A DNA stretch of 64,000 bases from Gnetum montanum (GCA_015680685.1 MNCI01001630.1:763028-827027); one strand, 5' to 3'; positions 1 through 12,488 are shown, numbered from the stretch's first letter. The notes: generated from the letters alone by a model not told the origin. A program made the numbers and translations.

Positions 1-1019
1 ATACCTTCTCAAGTCCAATTTAGATATCTTTCTCTGAGTCCAATGGACTACAGGGAATCTATAGTGTTAACTTATGATTATTATGATCACAATTTATTTA
101 CTCTCCGCTGTTGGAAAATTGGATAGTTTGGTTAAATTTTAGTGGTGCGCCTTATAATGTTTCAACTTAGAAGAGTTAAATTGAGAAGATTTTGTGTTGT
201 GAGTGTTGCTAGAAAAATAGAAACTATTATTATGCCATTAAATAAACATAAGGTTACTGATTTATATGTTTCTTGTGGCCATCTATTTGCTAAAACAGAA
301 TTCTTGAAGAACAGAATCGGATATATTTTTATGGTTTGAGAAAAATCAGAGTTTGGTTTTTAAATCAGAAAAAAAATTACATAGCTATACACCATGCTAG
401 AGGAATCTTGCATAAATTTTTAAAGGGCTATTTCTTTTTCACAATGGTCTTTTATTTCATAAATCAGTATTGGTTGAAACTAAAAGCTGAGATGCAGACA
501 ATGTATTGGTAAATTTTGAATTTGATGTTCCATGATAAATTTTCAGCTTTTGGCTTAAGGCTTTTGCATCACTGTTACAGGAACTACTATAATTTTCTTC
601 TATTGCATATTATCTATTTTATAATTACTATATTTTCCTATAGTTAAACTCCCCATATGACTGATTATGTTTGGCTGTGCATAATTTAAGATTGCTAAAG
701 GTGAATTTGTTCAGTTAATTTGCTTGTATCTGACGTAGAAGGCTAAGAAAATGATTTCAAGCTTAATTCTTTTGAGATTTGTTTTGTACTTGGATGCATT
801 ATGCACATCAAGAGATGTCATTCATCATATTGACATTCGCTTCCTGCTAGATCCTTGAGCTGCTATTTGTATTATATACTTTTCTGTGTTTATAGTTTAA
901 TTTTTTATGCAAAAAATGATTGTTGTCAATGTTGGTCTTACCAAAGTTAAAAATATTTCACCTTTACATATTTCAGCCAACCTTTTGGAGGCTTCAGGTG
1001 TTAGCTCTTGCTCCCTAGG

Positions 1020-1235
1020 AATAGGTTTTACAATGAGTTTAAAGGTTCAAGAGTTTTAGTACTATGTAAATCCATCATAGTAGTCAAACTTTGTTAGAGC
1101 ATCGTTGTGTTGGACTGCATTGCCCTAATTGTGAAAACATTAGAGGCTCAAAATGAGTGTAGAGGGTTGAGAGTTTGGTAGTCTGTAAATCCATCATGGT
1201 GGTCAAGCTTTGTTGGAACATCATTATGTTGGTGT
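1020..1235. repeat. Diverged tandem duplication with about 120-bp period
   Basis: AGAGTTT..TAGT..TGTAAATCCATCAT.GT.GTCAA.CTTTGTT.GA.CATC.TT.TGTTGG at about 1050 and 1170. Confidence 0.75.
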
Positions 1236-2415
1236 TGTCTAACTCATTAAGGTAGATGAAGGATTTGATGATGATGTTTTCTATACCAGCTATTTACCTA
1301 TTGTCATAGTCCTGAACATCTATTTTTACCATGCACACAGGTGGCAAGTGTCTCAGCATACCCCTAGGAATCAAACCTATGACTTACAAAATATTCTAAC
1401 CAAGTGAGTTATGCCCCATTGACCTTTTTCAACAGACATGTCATTAGGTACTTGGAATTTACATTTTAGTTTTAATTAGAAACCGTACTTTGGCTCATTT
1501 GTTAATGATGATTCATAGTTAGTTATAGTGCTATTTTTCATGGCTGTTTGGTCCCTTGCTTTCTATTTTTTATTGTATCATTACCAGATACCTTGGAGTC
1601 TGTTCTGTCTGATTCAACAAAAAGGGGTGTAAAAAGAATTCGAAATCCCTTTCAGAACATCACATTTTCCAAACTTTTATGCACTCTTTAGGGTCTATGT
1701 GATGTTACATATGCATGCTAGTAAAAAGAAAAAAGAAAAAAAAAGCTACGTCATTGAGCCACAGTTCTAACAATGCGCCCCTTGTTCTATAATATTGTTG
1801 TCGGTTCTAAAAATCACAAAAGGGGCACATTGTGACGGGTTGAGTTTCATCTTTAGTTATTCCCAACTTCTTGGTATTGTGGTAATTACATTTACTTTTG
1901 AATTTTGAAGTTGAAGTTTCTTTATTAACTGTTTCAGAAGTAAGGCTTGTTTTTATCTAGAAAATGGAATGCTTTTAACAGCTTGTGGGGAAATCTTTAG
2001 CCAAATATGGTGATGTCACTATGGCATGATATTCAAACATTCTGCCCTCTGCTTCATTGTTGTCCAAATGCCATTTATTCAGCTTCTCTAACTCAGTCTT
2101 GCTCCCTTTAAGGGAAGCAACAGTGTACCCTCTAACCCTACACATATATAAGCTCACATAGACTTAATATCTTGAGCCATTGGAATCAAGGGGATTGAGT
2201 TGCATTGCACAACATCTACAGGTTTTTCAATGAAGAAGGTGTCATTTGTGTCTATCCACCTTACATACAATCCCTAGTCACCTAGCTTGAGGTATATCAA
2301 GGTTGAGTCCAAAAATGACGGTTGAATGAAGCCGTGTTTGTTTAGGTTTTTGATCATTAGCCATTATATGAAACCTCTATAAATTAAATAATCTTATCTA
2401 ATGAAAATATAGTGG

Positions 2416-5400
2416 GGGTACGTGGCCTCTAGCGCCTACTCCTTTGATATTGGGGGTAGATTGTGGGGGTTTTCCTTCCCTAGGCATGGCCTAAGGTAGG
2501 GTGATCCACTTTCGTCGTACCTGTTCATTTTAGTGATGGATACGTTACAAGGATACTAAAAAGCTGAGGGGGTACATGGGCTTAATGTCACTGGGATTGA
2601 CTACCTGACAAAACACTATGCAAATGATAAGATGATATTTGTGCACATGTTGGTTCCACAAGTGCAGGCCATTAATCAGGCATTGGATTAGATGGGTTGG
2701 GAGGTTGGGCTGGCATTCAACCGAGACAAATGTACGGTGCATATGTCGCAAGCATCTAGTCAACTTCGAGGGAAGATTCTGCAATGTCTAGGGATGATGG
2801 TGGGGATGGAGCAAGAGGCATACCCTGGGCTTCCTATGTTTGCATGGAACCATAAAGGGACTTGGAAGTCTCTTATCCAACACCTGCAGCAAAGGGTTGA
2901 TCATTGGATGGTACGGTTCTTGACAAGGAAAGGGAGGCTGATCTTAGCCAATTCGATGCTACTGGCATGGCTATATACATGGCGGTAGTTGTCGTGCTAC
3001 CCGCCGAAGTAGTGGAAAAAGTGGATCAAGTTATTCAAGGGTTTATCTGGTCAGGAGGGAAAGACAGGTTGGAACTCCACATGGTGAAGTGGGACACAGT
3101 TGCCAAATCATGGGAGGCTAGGGGGTTGGCGGTGCAAAAATTTCAGCATGTGATTATGATGAGCTATCAAGGTCTAGCTAACTGTCTTTTGCAACCTTTT
3201 TCGTCGGCTACCCAATGGGTTCAAATTATGAGGGCTAAATATACGTTGTGGCATGTGGATCAAAATGACTCCCTCATTTGGAGGACTCTATGTGCGCACG
3301 TTGCCAGTATGGTGGCTGCTAATATGATGGGGAAGTCACCCCGTGAAATCATAAAACAAAAGTTTCTGGTGGTGCAGGGGTGGTGTCAATTATAGAAAGG
3401 GTGCTTGCTAAAAAAGTTAAAAGTGTTCCTTTAGCTTGCAAATCATGACACATTACCGATAAAGGTTGTTTTAAAGGCTTGAGGGCTTCAAATTTTCAAC
3501 GTGTGTCCATTATCCTCGAGGGCAAACATTTTCTATACCAATGCGAATTTATGAAAGAGTTGTGGCAGCACCTTGCTCACTCTACTGCTCATTGCGAGCA
3601 TACTCTCAACGGGGATTTTGTGGGCACCATTGTACTTTGGGCCCTGTGGAAAGCAAGGAAAACATGTGTGTTCAAAGCAATTAGAGTGTCAACGCCGTGG
3701 CAATTGGTTTGTTTGCAAGCAACGATAGCTATGGAACAAACGCCCACCTTTGAACCTGATTGTGCGCATTTCCACCAAAATGCAGAGCCATGGGGCAAGG
3801 TTCAACAAGTTGGATGGGCTGAGGTGATACAGTTGTTGTGGGGGAACCCCAATTTAGCATACTATACCTTCTTCTGCAATTCACACAAGACTATGACTAC
3901 ATTTCAGGGGATCCACATTCAACTCACTAAGGAGAAGCTAGCTAATTGCTTGGGGGTTTTGACTTCTAGTGAGGTTATTCTGCTGATGGGGTAGGGGTTT
4001 CAAGATGCACAAATTTTCTTCCCTGGAGTTATTCCTAAAACTACTAGTGGGCAAATCCCAAAGTCGACACTGCCAAATTTGTGGCAGGAAGTGACAAAAC
4101 TTGTGGACCATTATTTTGTCCACTTTGGCAATACTTTGAAGCGGCAGGGGGTCCATTTTACTTTCTTAAAGTGTCTGAAGTTGGGGCAGCAGGTAAATTT
4201 GCCAAAGTTTTTCCTGGCCATGTTGCATCTGCAACATAAGGGATGTCACTCAGGGTTAATTCTTGTGCTCTACAAAGCTGCAATTCCAACTGGGCCGAGA
4301 ACTGTGCGACCAGAGCCTAGATTTGTTTATCATCAACAAGAAAGGCCAATTGTGGATGCTGGGGGTGGGGGGGTTCGGGTTTGAGTTGATTTTTGCACAT
4401 GACTGGGAGGTGGTGGTGGTTGAGCTTGCATCAGCTTTGGCAGAGCTGTTGGAGGCCACGCAAGCTCAAATTAGGTGACTGTAGGAGGAGAAGGGAAGAT
4501 TGGAGCTTGCAGTCGCGGTGGCAAGTGATGCCATAGTAGCTGAGAAGGCTACAAAGGATGCTCGAAGGGCAGAGTGTTACGAGTGGGAGGCGAAGTGGGC
4601 TGCCTATGAGCAAGAGTTTGCATGGCAGCTGAGCGCCATGGAGCAACGACAACGGGAACAAGAAAAGGAATTCCAACACAGTTGAGATTAAAGAAGTCGG
4701 CCCTTAGAGCTACACTTGAAGACTCGCTTAGGAAGCATCTTCAGTTTGAGTTACAGCAGGCTTAGCAACAGAGCGCGGAACAACAAAGAGCTAAGGAGCA
4801 AGTGCAGGTGCCCAAAAGGCAAGAGGAGGAGGAGCACTAGAGACATTGATTAGGCTTACATGAATGGGGTCCGGCTGTGGTTGGAGGATGAAAAATGTTT
4901 GTATTAAGTGATGAATATTTGTTGTGACGTGCCATGGGGGGCTCTTCAACAGCACATTCAACGGACTATAGCTAAGCTTCATTTGGATGGGCGTAGGACG
5001 GCAGAAGAGAGGGCGCATAAGGCACAGAGTGTGAAGGAGTTTCAACAAGCTGCCACCTTTGTGGACACGAAGGAGCACCAAGCAATGCTTGACAATATTC
5101 ATGCAATGGAATGGCTGAATTGTCCATGTTTACAGCTGCCGCAGAGGCTCTAGTGTTGCAACTGTTTGGATGGTGGCTTTTGTTTTTGGAATGTTGGGTT
5201 TCTATTTCGCATGTTTCCAATTTTTGTGTCGGTAATGTGGGTTGACTTGGTAGGGCCAACCGCCTATGTTGGCAAGTTTTTGAGTGGGGGCTGGGCTCTG
5301 TGTTAGTGTCGCTTTCGGGAGGGACTGTTGTTTTGTTTTTGGTCTATTTTGCGATGAGGGGGAGGATTCCCCCCAATTTTGTACATATTTTCACTTTAAT

Positions 5401-5432
5401 ACAATTCTCCCTTACCATTTTTCAAAAAAAAA
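2416..5432 (+). mobile_element. 5'-truncated L1-type LINE (RT C-half, zf-RVT, 3' accessory extension, poly-A)
   Basis: RT motif GDPLSSYLF at about 2500; KGRLILANSML; HMVKWDTVAK; LWALWKARK. A-tail at about 5424. TSD AAAATATAGTGG at 2404-2415 and again directly after the A-tail. Confidence 0.9.
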
Positions 5433-6746
5433 ATATAGTGGAAGGCTGGATTGCATCAAACCACATCTGTTAATGTCGATTGTAAAAACAACCTTGAAAG
5501 ATTGAGTCCCACAACTATTTAATAATCTCAAGCTTATTAAGTGAAAGGAAACTTCCAGCCATCATTTTTGGCTATGCATCATCTCCTTGAGGTATTATAA
5601 TACTTGAGAAAAGAAAGGCATCATGCAATTGATACATCAATCGTTAGAATTATGAAAAATAGATAGAAAGGTACTTAATCAGTAAGAACTTGTTACTTTC
5701 TCATCAACAACTAGTTGTTGTAGAATAATGTAGGAGGTAACATACGCCCTATAATCAATCTGTTGTTATGCTAAGTTGAACACTGTCCTTGAACCTTATG
5801 AATCATAGAAAACATTGTCTCCTATGCTTCATTGGACTAGTTTCTCTACAGCAAACATAAAACAGAACTGCCGAACTATCAAAATTCATTCCCTAATGTG
5901 TAAGAGACAAGAACACTTGTCTCATTTCCAGTATATACTCAGCACTCTTATTGCATTGAGATGTGTTTCTAATCATTTGCCCCCTTTCAAATCTGGTTCT
6001 ATAAATTCTCCTTTCCCTGGAGATCTTTTGCTTCTAATGTTGGTTCTTTAGAGTTTCCTCCATCAGGATTAAACCAACCATTAAATGCCAATTTGACATT
6101 CACCTAAAAGTAGACTATATCATGAGGATCTTCAAGATACTATTGCTGTACAACCTGTTTGGGAAACCTAGAAGTACATGATATATAAAAATGCCTCCGT
6201 AGCATGTTTATCAAGAATCCCAATTTTTTGGAACCTATGTTTTGTTCTGTAGGAGAAAGGATACAGTAGTCTTGAATCATATAAGCAGTACCTATAAATA
6301 ACCAGTATATCGTGCTACCATAAAGGAGAACACATATTGATGCTAAGCCTCACTCAACTGAGCTTCTACAAGAAGACTACAAATCTTAGAAGGCTTCTCT
6401 CTGTCTGTCACATCTTTTTTTCTTTTTTGTAATCGTATGTTCATCCTCTGAAGAAATTGATGTGCTTCCACATATTTTAATACTGAACAATGTTAGAAAC
6501 TTGCATTTTGGATGCTATGTTTTTAATTAATACAATGCATGGAATACGGTAACTTCATACAAAAAGCAAATGGTGCGTTTAAATTACAACCATAAAACCT
6601 AGGGTTTACAAGGCCTCCTCTAAAATTCACAGAAAAACAAGATAAAGTTGTGACCAAATTGGTCATAAAATATATGAAAACCATGCTCCATGATTGATTT
6701 AAAGCATCCCAAGTAAAAAATATGCCAACGACCTATATGAATTTAC

Positions 6747-6884
6747 CGCCAAGAAATTGTGCCTGCACTTTAAGGCCATACAATCTTATATAGGCACAAG
6801 GTGGAGCATACATTTCTCCACAAGCGGAAGCAAGATAGTACTCCTTTTCACCGCAAACAGGGATATAAGCTACAATAAATTTAC
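6747..6884 (-). CDS. SPPA: SPPA coding exon 3; the gene appears to continue beyond the left window edge
   Basis: CAG acceptor, then (G)KFIVAYIPVCGEKEYYLASACGEMYAPPCAYIRLYGLKVQAQFLG(G), then GTAAAT donor. Length 138 nt, phase 1 to phase 1, in frame with exon 2. The expected next exon (GV..KVGIEPQV.RIGKYKSAG) was not found in 1-6746. Confidence 0.95.
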
Positions 6885-7375
6885 CTGTACATGTAAAACG
6901 ATAAGGTGAAAATTTATACTTTAAATGCTCGCTACAAAGGAAACACCTCAGATATTCACATAAGCTGCTTGTAGAAAGCAAAAGAACAGTAGTATATTTC
7001 AACCATAAAGTTAAAAAAGACATTACAATCCAACAAATATGTAAAATTTCCCCCCAAGAAAATTGCAGTTAGCGTTAAATGTTTTTTTTTTTTTTTTTTT
7101 TGGTGTTCAGAGTTCAATTCCAATGCTTGACAAATGAAGTGTCTCTTTTTTGTACTAAGATTTACATTGATCGGGTAATCCTATTCCATGGTTATTCTAT
7201 TTACTTCACCTTGGTTCCTTTTCATTTTTTTTATTATATCTATGTCCCTCCTACCATTGCTGTATCAAACATAATTAAAGGGCATTAAAACATCACACTT
7301 TTTCATAACATTGTGCCTACTTATATAAAGTGATGTAGTCATGAGACAATATTTAACGAAACATTTTGACTTTGA

Positions 7376-7540
7376 AATTGGATTAGTGGTACAGGTCTTG
7401 GCCTACTAACCCTAGGTCACAGGTTTGATTCTACTAGGTAGCACAGAGTTATAGACTTCTATAAATCTTAAGGTGAAAGTTACAACTGCGCTGGGGTTGC
7501 TAGTTTAAGGTCTTTTCAGACTGGTAACGAAAACTATATA
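7376..7540 (+). mobile_element. Degenerate tRNA-derived SINE-like element
   Basis: A-box-like TAGTGG at about 7384 and B-box-like GGTTTGATTC at about 7422, with tRNA-like spacing and an AT-rich tail. Confidence 0.4.
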
Positions 7541-7661
7541 TATTTTTTTTCGTTTTTTGGGAAAGCAAGCAGTTAGCTTGGAGCGTGTCAAAGTTTTAAT
7601 GCCAACAATGCTACGATGTCGTGGCGAGCATGCTACGCTATACAGCGCATTCCGCATTAAA

Positions 7662-7716
7662 CGGAGAGAGAGAGGGCGGCAAGTTTCCCTTTTTCACCAT
7701 TACGGCCATAAATAAG
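7662..7716 (+). promoter_or_regulatory. Possible promoter of the antisense gene
   Basis: (GA)n tract and TATA-like CATAAATA at 7707-7714, about 160 nt upstream of ATG 7871. Confidence 0.3.
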
Positions 7717-7870
7717 GATTAAACCCTGGTAAGCTTGTCATTCTCACCGTAAGAGCGCAGAGCCCATATTCGGAGCACAAAGTGATTTCGGAGCGCGGAG
7801 CGATCGTGCTAATAGAGAGTAAGGCGGTTATTTTTTGCATCCCGACAAGGAAAAATCTACAAGCAGGACG

Positions 7871-10800
7871 ATGGCTCCAAAGAAGGAACGTACTCACTTG
7901 GCACTCGCAAAGGTTGAGGAGGTAAAGAAAACCCTAGGGCGCATGACACAAGTGTGCATCGCAGCACAGGAGAACACGCCATTGACCCGGTAGGCTACTA
8001 TGCTTCCTCTGCTTTTTCTCGATTTTGTTATCGTTTTTTTTTCTGCTTTCATTTTGTATCCTAGTCTTAGTCATCTGTGTTTTCTGTCATCGCATTGTTT
8101 TGGCCTTCGCATCGTCGTTGTTGCCGTTTCGGCCGCAACGGATGCATAAACGCTATGCTATCGTTGCATGTAAGGTTGCTTAAACCGCCACCGCTACGGT
8201 TGTCATAACCGCGAGGGTTTGGACAGTTTAAGTTACTTGGCTTTCGAATGGCATAGCGTAGGACCCTCAGGAGGGTTGGGCCATGCATGATGTGACAATG
8301 CGACACGTGTTATGTCGGGGCATATTGTTAATCGCCCTATTAGGGTTAATTGCTCTGTTGCTACGCTAGGCTATTTTTGTTGCGCTATCGCTTTCATGTT
8401 CTTGCTACGCTAATGTGCGGGAAGAGGGTTATGCTACGCTATATGCATGAACTGCTAGGTATTGCTATGTTGCGTGCGCATTGCACTTAGACATGATGCT
8501 AACACTTGCTGGTTGTGTTGTGCAGGATGGGGCTAAGGCCAATTCTGATTGTCTTAGAAATTGCAAGGGTCCTGTGTCACGTAAGCAAACCTGTGGCCAA
8601 TGCTCCTCCTCCCCAGATATGTGTGGGAGAGCGGGGGGTCTGGTTCAGGAAAGGAGCACAGGAGTTCCTACAATACCTCCTCCAACACTTCAGTGTGATT
8701 GTTTGATCATACCTAGAGGAGGAAGAGGCGGCCATCATAACAGAAGCCATACTGCCTAGGGCAAGCCGGGGCATCCTGAGAATTCTGACGGATGGGGCAA
8801 TCCTTAGCAAGCAGGGAGAAGGATCCAGTCAACGCCCCACAGGGTTAAGGCGTTTAACCTGGACCTGGGATATGCCTAAGTACAGCTGCTACCATGCTTA
8901 CAACACACTATTTGTCGCACGTTATATGGCGACGTGCTTCCAAAACCCACCAAGAACCGTTTACTATGCTGGCGGGTGAGTTTTGCAGCCCTGTTCCGCT
9001 GTGTTGTGCGATGCTGGCCATATTGGCCAAATGCTAACAGTATGTTTTTGTTACCAGGTTCTACATCAACAAGGAAGGGCTTCACGACCGAACGGGTCTG
9101 CTGACTACAGCACGGATAGCCCTGCAGGAGTTCTATTCTGCTGAGAACCTGTAGGCAGGTGTGATCGGTCAATGCGGGGGTGAATACCACACCTGCCCAT
9201 ACCTATACCCCATTCCCTACGATCAGTGCAAGGAGTTTGGCTAGCTAGATGAGGGATGGGCACAACCCTTCAAACCGATCACCGTTGAACAAGTTCTAGT
9301 TAGTCTTTCGCCGTTCCCGTTACCGTACAGACCTGGTGGGCTAAACAGTAAGTGTTGCATGCTTAAGTGTCTTTGCAATCTTTGGATTTTCTGCGTTTTT
9401 ATGCTAAACGTTTCTTGTGAAAACTGTTATAGGGGTGAAAAAGCCCCAGGAGGTGATGGTGGTAACCGCCGAGACACAGGAGGAAAACATCTACTTCAAG
9501 TACAGAGAAGTAGATACGAGCCAACGCTAGATAAACGGTGCAGCTTCGGACTCCTTGGTCCAGAATATCCAAAAAGCTGGGCTTATGGATCTATTCCTGG
9601 CCCCGAATCTGAACGTTCCTGCTGCGGAGATGCTCTCCCTGATCGACTCCTTTTCCGACAAGGCGGGCTGCTTCCGCACACGCATACAGGGAGTGCGGGT
9701 GGTCATTGAAATCAATGACCAGCTGTTCACGGACCTCTTCAGTATCCTTGCTGATGGCGTTCTCATAAGGTCGAAGGGCAAGAAGGAGCTAACCCTTTAG
9801 AAGAAGGACATTCAGAAGTGGTTAGGGATTGTTAAGGAGCGAAAGGGGCTCCCCATGGAGAAGCTTAAAGAAGGACCCGCCAGGGAGATTTACCCTATCT
9901 TCCATGCTCGCACATTCCCCCAGCTGCTTTCCCAAGGGAAGGTCCTGGGGATCGAGTAGGCCTGGATAATGCGTGAGGTCATGGAAGAGGGGGCCCATTA
10001 CAACTGGGCCAGGTTTCTATGTAAAGGCTTATAGATCGAAATCTTGGGGCTCCATAAGAAACCGGAGTCCCGTTCCAATATACATTATACCTTTTACATA
10101 GCCTATCTGAAGCGTTTCGTGGAGTTTCTGGTGGTTCACGAGAATAGGGCCTGGATCATGCGAAATCGCAACCAGATTTCCAGACCGTGGATCCGCCAGA
10201 TCCTCCAAACCACCCGAGCCCAAGATCCCCCATAAATAATTGAGGAGTCGTTCTCTGTGACAACTAAGGATCGGGTGGCTCGCAACTTTCATGGCCAAGA
10301 CAGCGTAGGAGAAACATCCCCTACTATAGCCGGTAGCGTGTCGCGGGGGGACTGTCTCATAGCCGAGACCATGGCCAGTAAGTTGCAGCGGAAAAGGCCT
10401 CCTCTAGCTAAGGAAACCCTTCGCATGGAGGAAGAGGAGGAGCAGAGACTGCGGCTTAAACTGTAGAGGACGCAACCCCCCATTGGTAAATGCTTTTGTT
10501 TAATGCTTGCTTTGTTATTGTCTGCTACGCTAGGCGGCGTAGCGTAGCTTAGCACCTGCTTTAAGCTAACTTGTTTTGGACTAATGCAAACATGTTTCTT
10601 GACTGGTAGAGGAAGAAGAAGAAGAAGAAGAAAGCGACGAAGAGGTGTCGGCCCCTAAGACAAGGGTGACGAATAAAGACACGGAGGCCCCAATCTCAGA
10701 GAGAAGGGTCCCAGTCAAGAAGGAAAGAACTCATGTCGCTAAGGCAGGGGCTCTCGTTATCAGGCAGAATCCTCCTACTAACAAGGAGGACATTTTTGGA

Positions 10801-12315
10801 GACGAAGAAGAGTCTCCCTTGAATAAAAGAGACGCTGGTCTCTCAAAAGGAAAGGCACCAGCACATGAAGAAGAGGCCCGTACAAACTTGGTAGGGACTT
10901 CTGCCAAGGCTGCTGCCATCGTTTTGCATCAACAAGAAGGGAGACCGCAATTGGACGCTGGTGAGTTCAGCAATGTGTCTGCCTTGTCATAGCCCATTTC
11001 GGCCATTGTTGATATGTTTAGTTATGTAACAAGCATCACTATTGATGCCGTAGGACCCCCTCCGATTCGTGCGGAACCATGGGCCGAGATCCCTGATAAG
11101 TTTACGTTTATGCAGGGAATCATTGACGACATGATCAGCCACCTTCAGCAGGTGGACCCTAATGTGGGTAAGTAGTAGTGTTAGGTGCTTTCACGTTGCT
11201 ATGCTAGAATTTCTTGAGCTTGCTAATCTTGCTATGCTAACGCGATTTTTATGCTCTTTGTGTCATGGCAGCCTCTCGGCTCAAATGGGACCCGACACTA
11301 CCTTTGAAAGTCGGTGTCGTGCCTACATTCCCGTCTGAAGTGACCGAAGTGTCTCGTTGCACATACAACGAGGCTTGCAAATGCGCTTTACACTCTGCAT
11401 GCTCCTTGTAGGAGTATAAGCACGTCAACAAGAACCTGTGGAAACGAGTCCAAAGAGCTGAGCAAAAGGAGGCCGACCTGAGCATTGAGGTGGAGGATCT
11501 CAAGTCAAGGAACGAATTCCTCATAGCCCGTGACACTAATAATGAGGACTGGTGCACGGCTGTGATAGATTACGCTGGATTTTGGACACTCACGCGTCAG
11601 AATGTTGAAGTCACCCGCAAAATAATAGAACAACGGATGCAAATGGACTTGTTAGCCCAGAAATGTCAGGATTTGAAAGATTTCAGCGCCAAAATTTACA
11701 AATAGGGGTAGTCCTAGAAAAACCACAAACACATGTATAAATTGGAAAATGCCACCCATCGTAAATTGTACAGGGATGCTGTTGTGGAGGCGTTTATGTA
11801 TAAAGCATTCATAAATGCCATTGACGCTTCTGAGGCCTATGCCAAGTTCAAAGAGCAGGTAAAGGTTACGGAATCTCCTGACTGGAAAGTGGACCTTCCC
11901 ACAGGAGAGACTGCAACCGCCTCCTTTTCTCCGGGACCACCAAGGTGGACAACCACCAAAAGGGAGAGAGCTACTGCAGACGTTGAACCAAGCAACAGGC
12001 GTTGGGTGGACATCACGGCAAAGGAGGTCTGGCGCCGCCTCAGGCTCGGTTTAGACCGGATACCCTTTAAGACGGACGCAAGCCCTTCTTAGGTTAGTTG
12101 CTTCCTATTGTATTAATGCTTATGCTCTGTTCTAGCTTGCATGCGTTGCTTTAGCTGACCACTTCATTCCTACGATGCAGGCTCCAGATGAGGGTGCAGA
12201 GCCCGTAGAGGAAAGGAATGAAGAATCAGCAGAGGACAACGCAGGGGAAGGCGATGCAAAAGGAAATGATGCAGAAACGAATGACGAAGATGATGCGAAA
12301 AGGGGCAACCCATGA
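7871..12315 (+). pseudogene. Seven-exon antisense accessory gene of the retroelement (FCP1/NIF-like pseudophosphatase + Transposase_32-like domain + coiled-coil + acidic tail), about 1156 aa, now with premature stops
   Basis: Exons 7871-7989, 8526-8975, 9058-9347, 9433-10485, 10610-11167, 11272-12092, 12136-12315. All six introns are GT-AG, most with GCTAAC-type branch sites. Splice phases 2,2,1,1,1,0 give one continuous frame of 3471 nt. Confidence 0.85.
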
Positions 12316-12488
12316 CAGCATGGGATTTTTTTTGAAATTTTGAATTTTTGTAAAAAAATTTTGCAAACATTGTCCAAAAGGCAAAAGTTTTGAATAAAGA
12401 AGAGAATTTCGGAAAAGAAATTGATTCTGCATTAACTTGTGCACTATCTACGTGCTACGTTTTGGTGTAAAATTTTCATGCTTTCATG

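Noticed and set aside
1-60. Possible further SPPA exon at the window edge (AG...AAG|GTAT on the minus strand)
   Set aside because: No frame resembles the expected SPPA continuation.
7282-7607. 11-bp inverted repeat GGCATTAAAAC/GTTTTAATGCC, or a TGTTGGC LTR start at 7607
   Set aside because: There is no TSD and no match to the 5' LTR beyond 7 nt, so it cannot be distinguished from chance.
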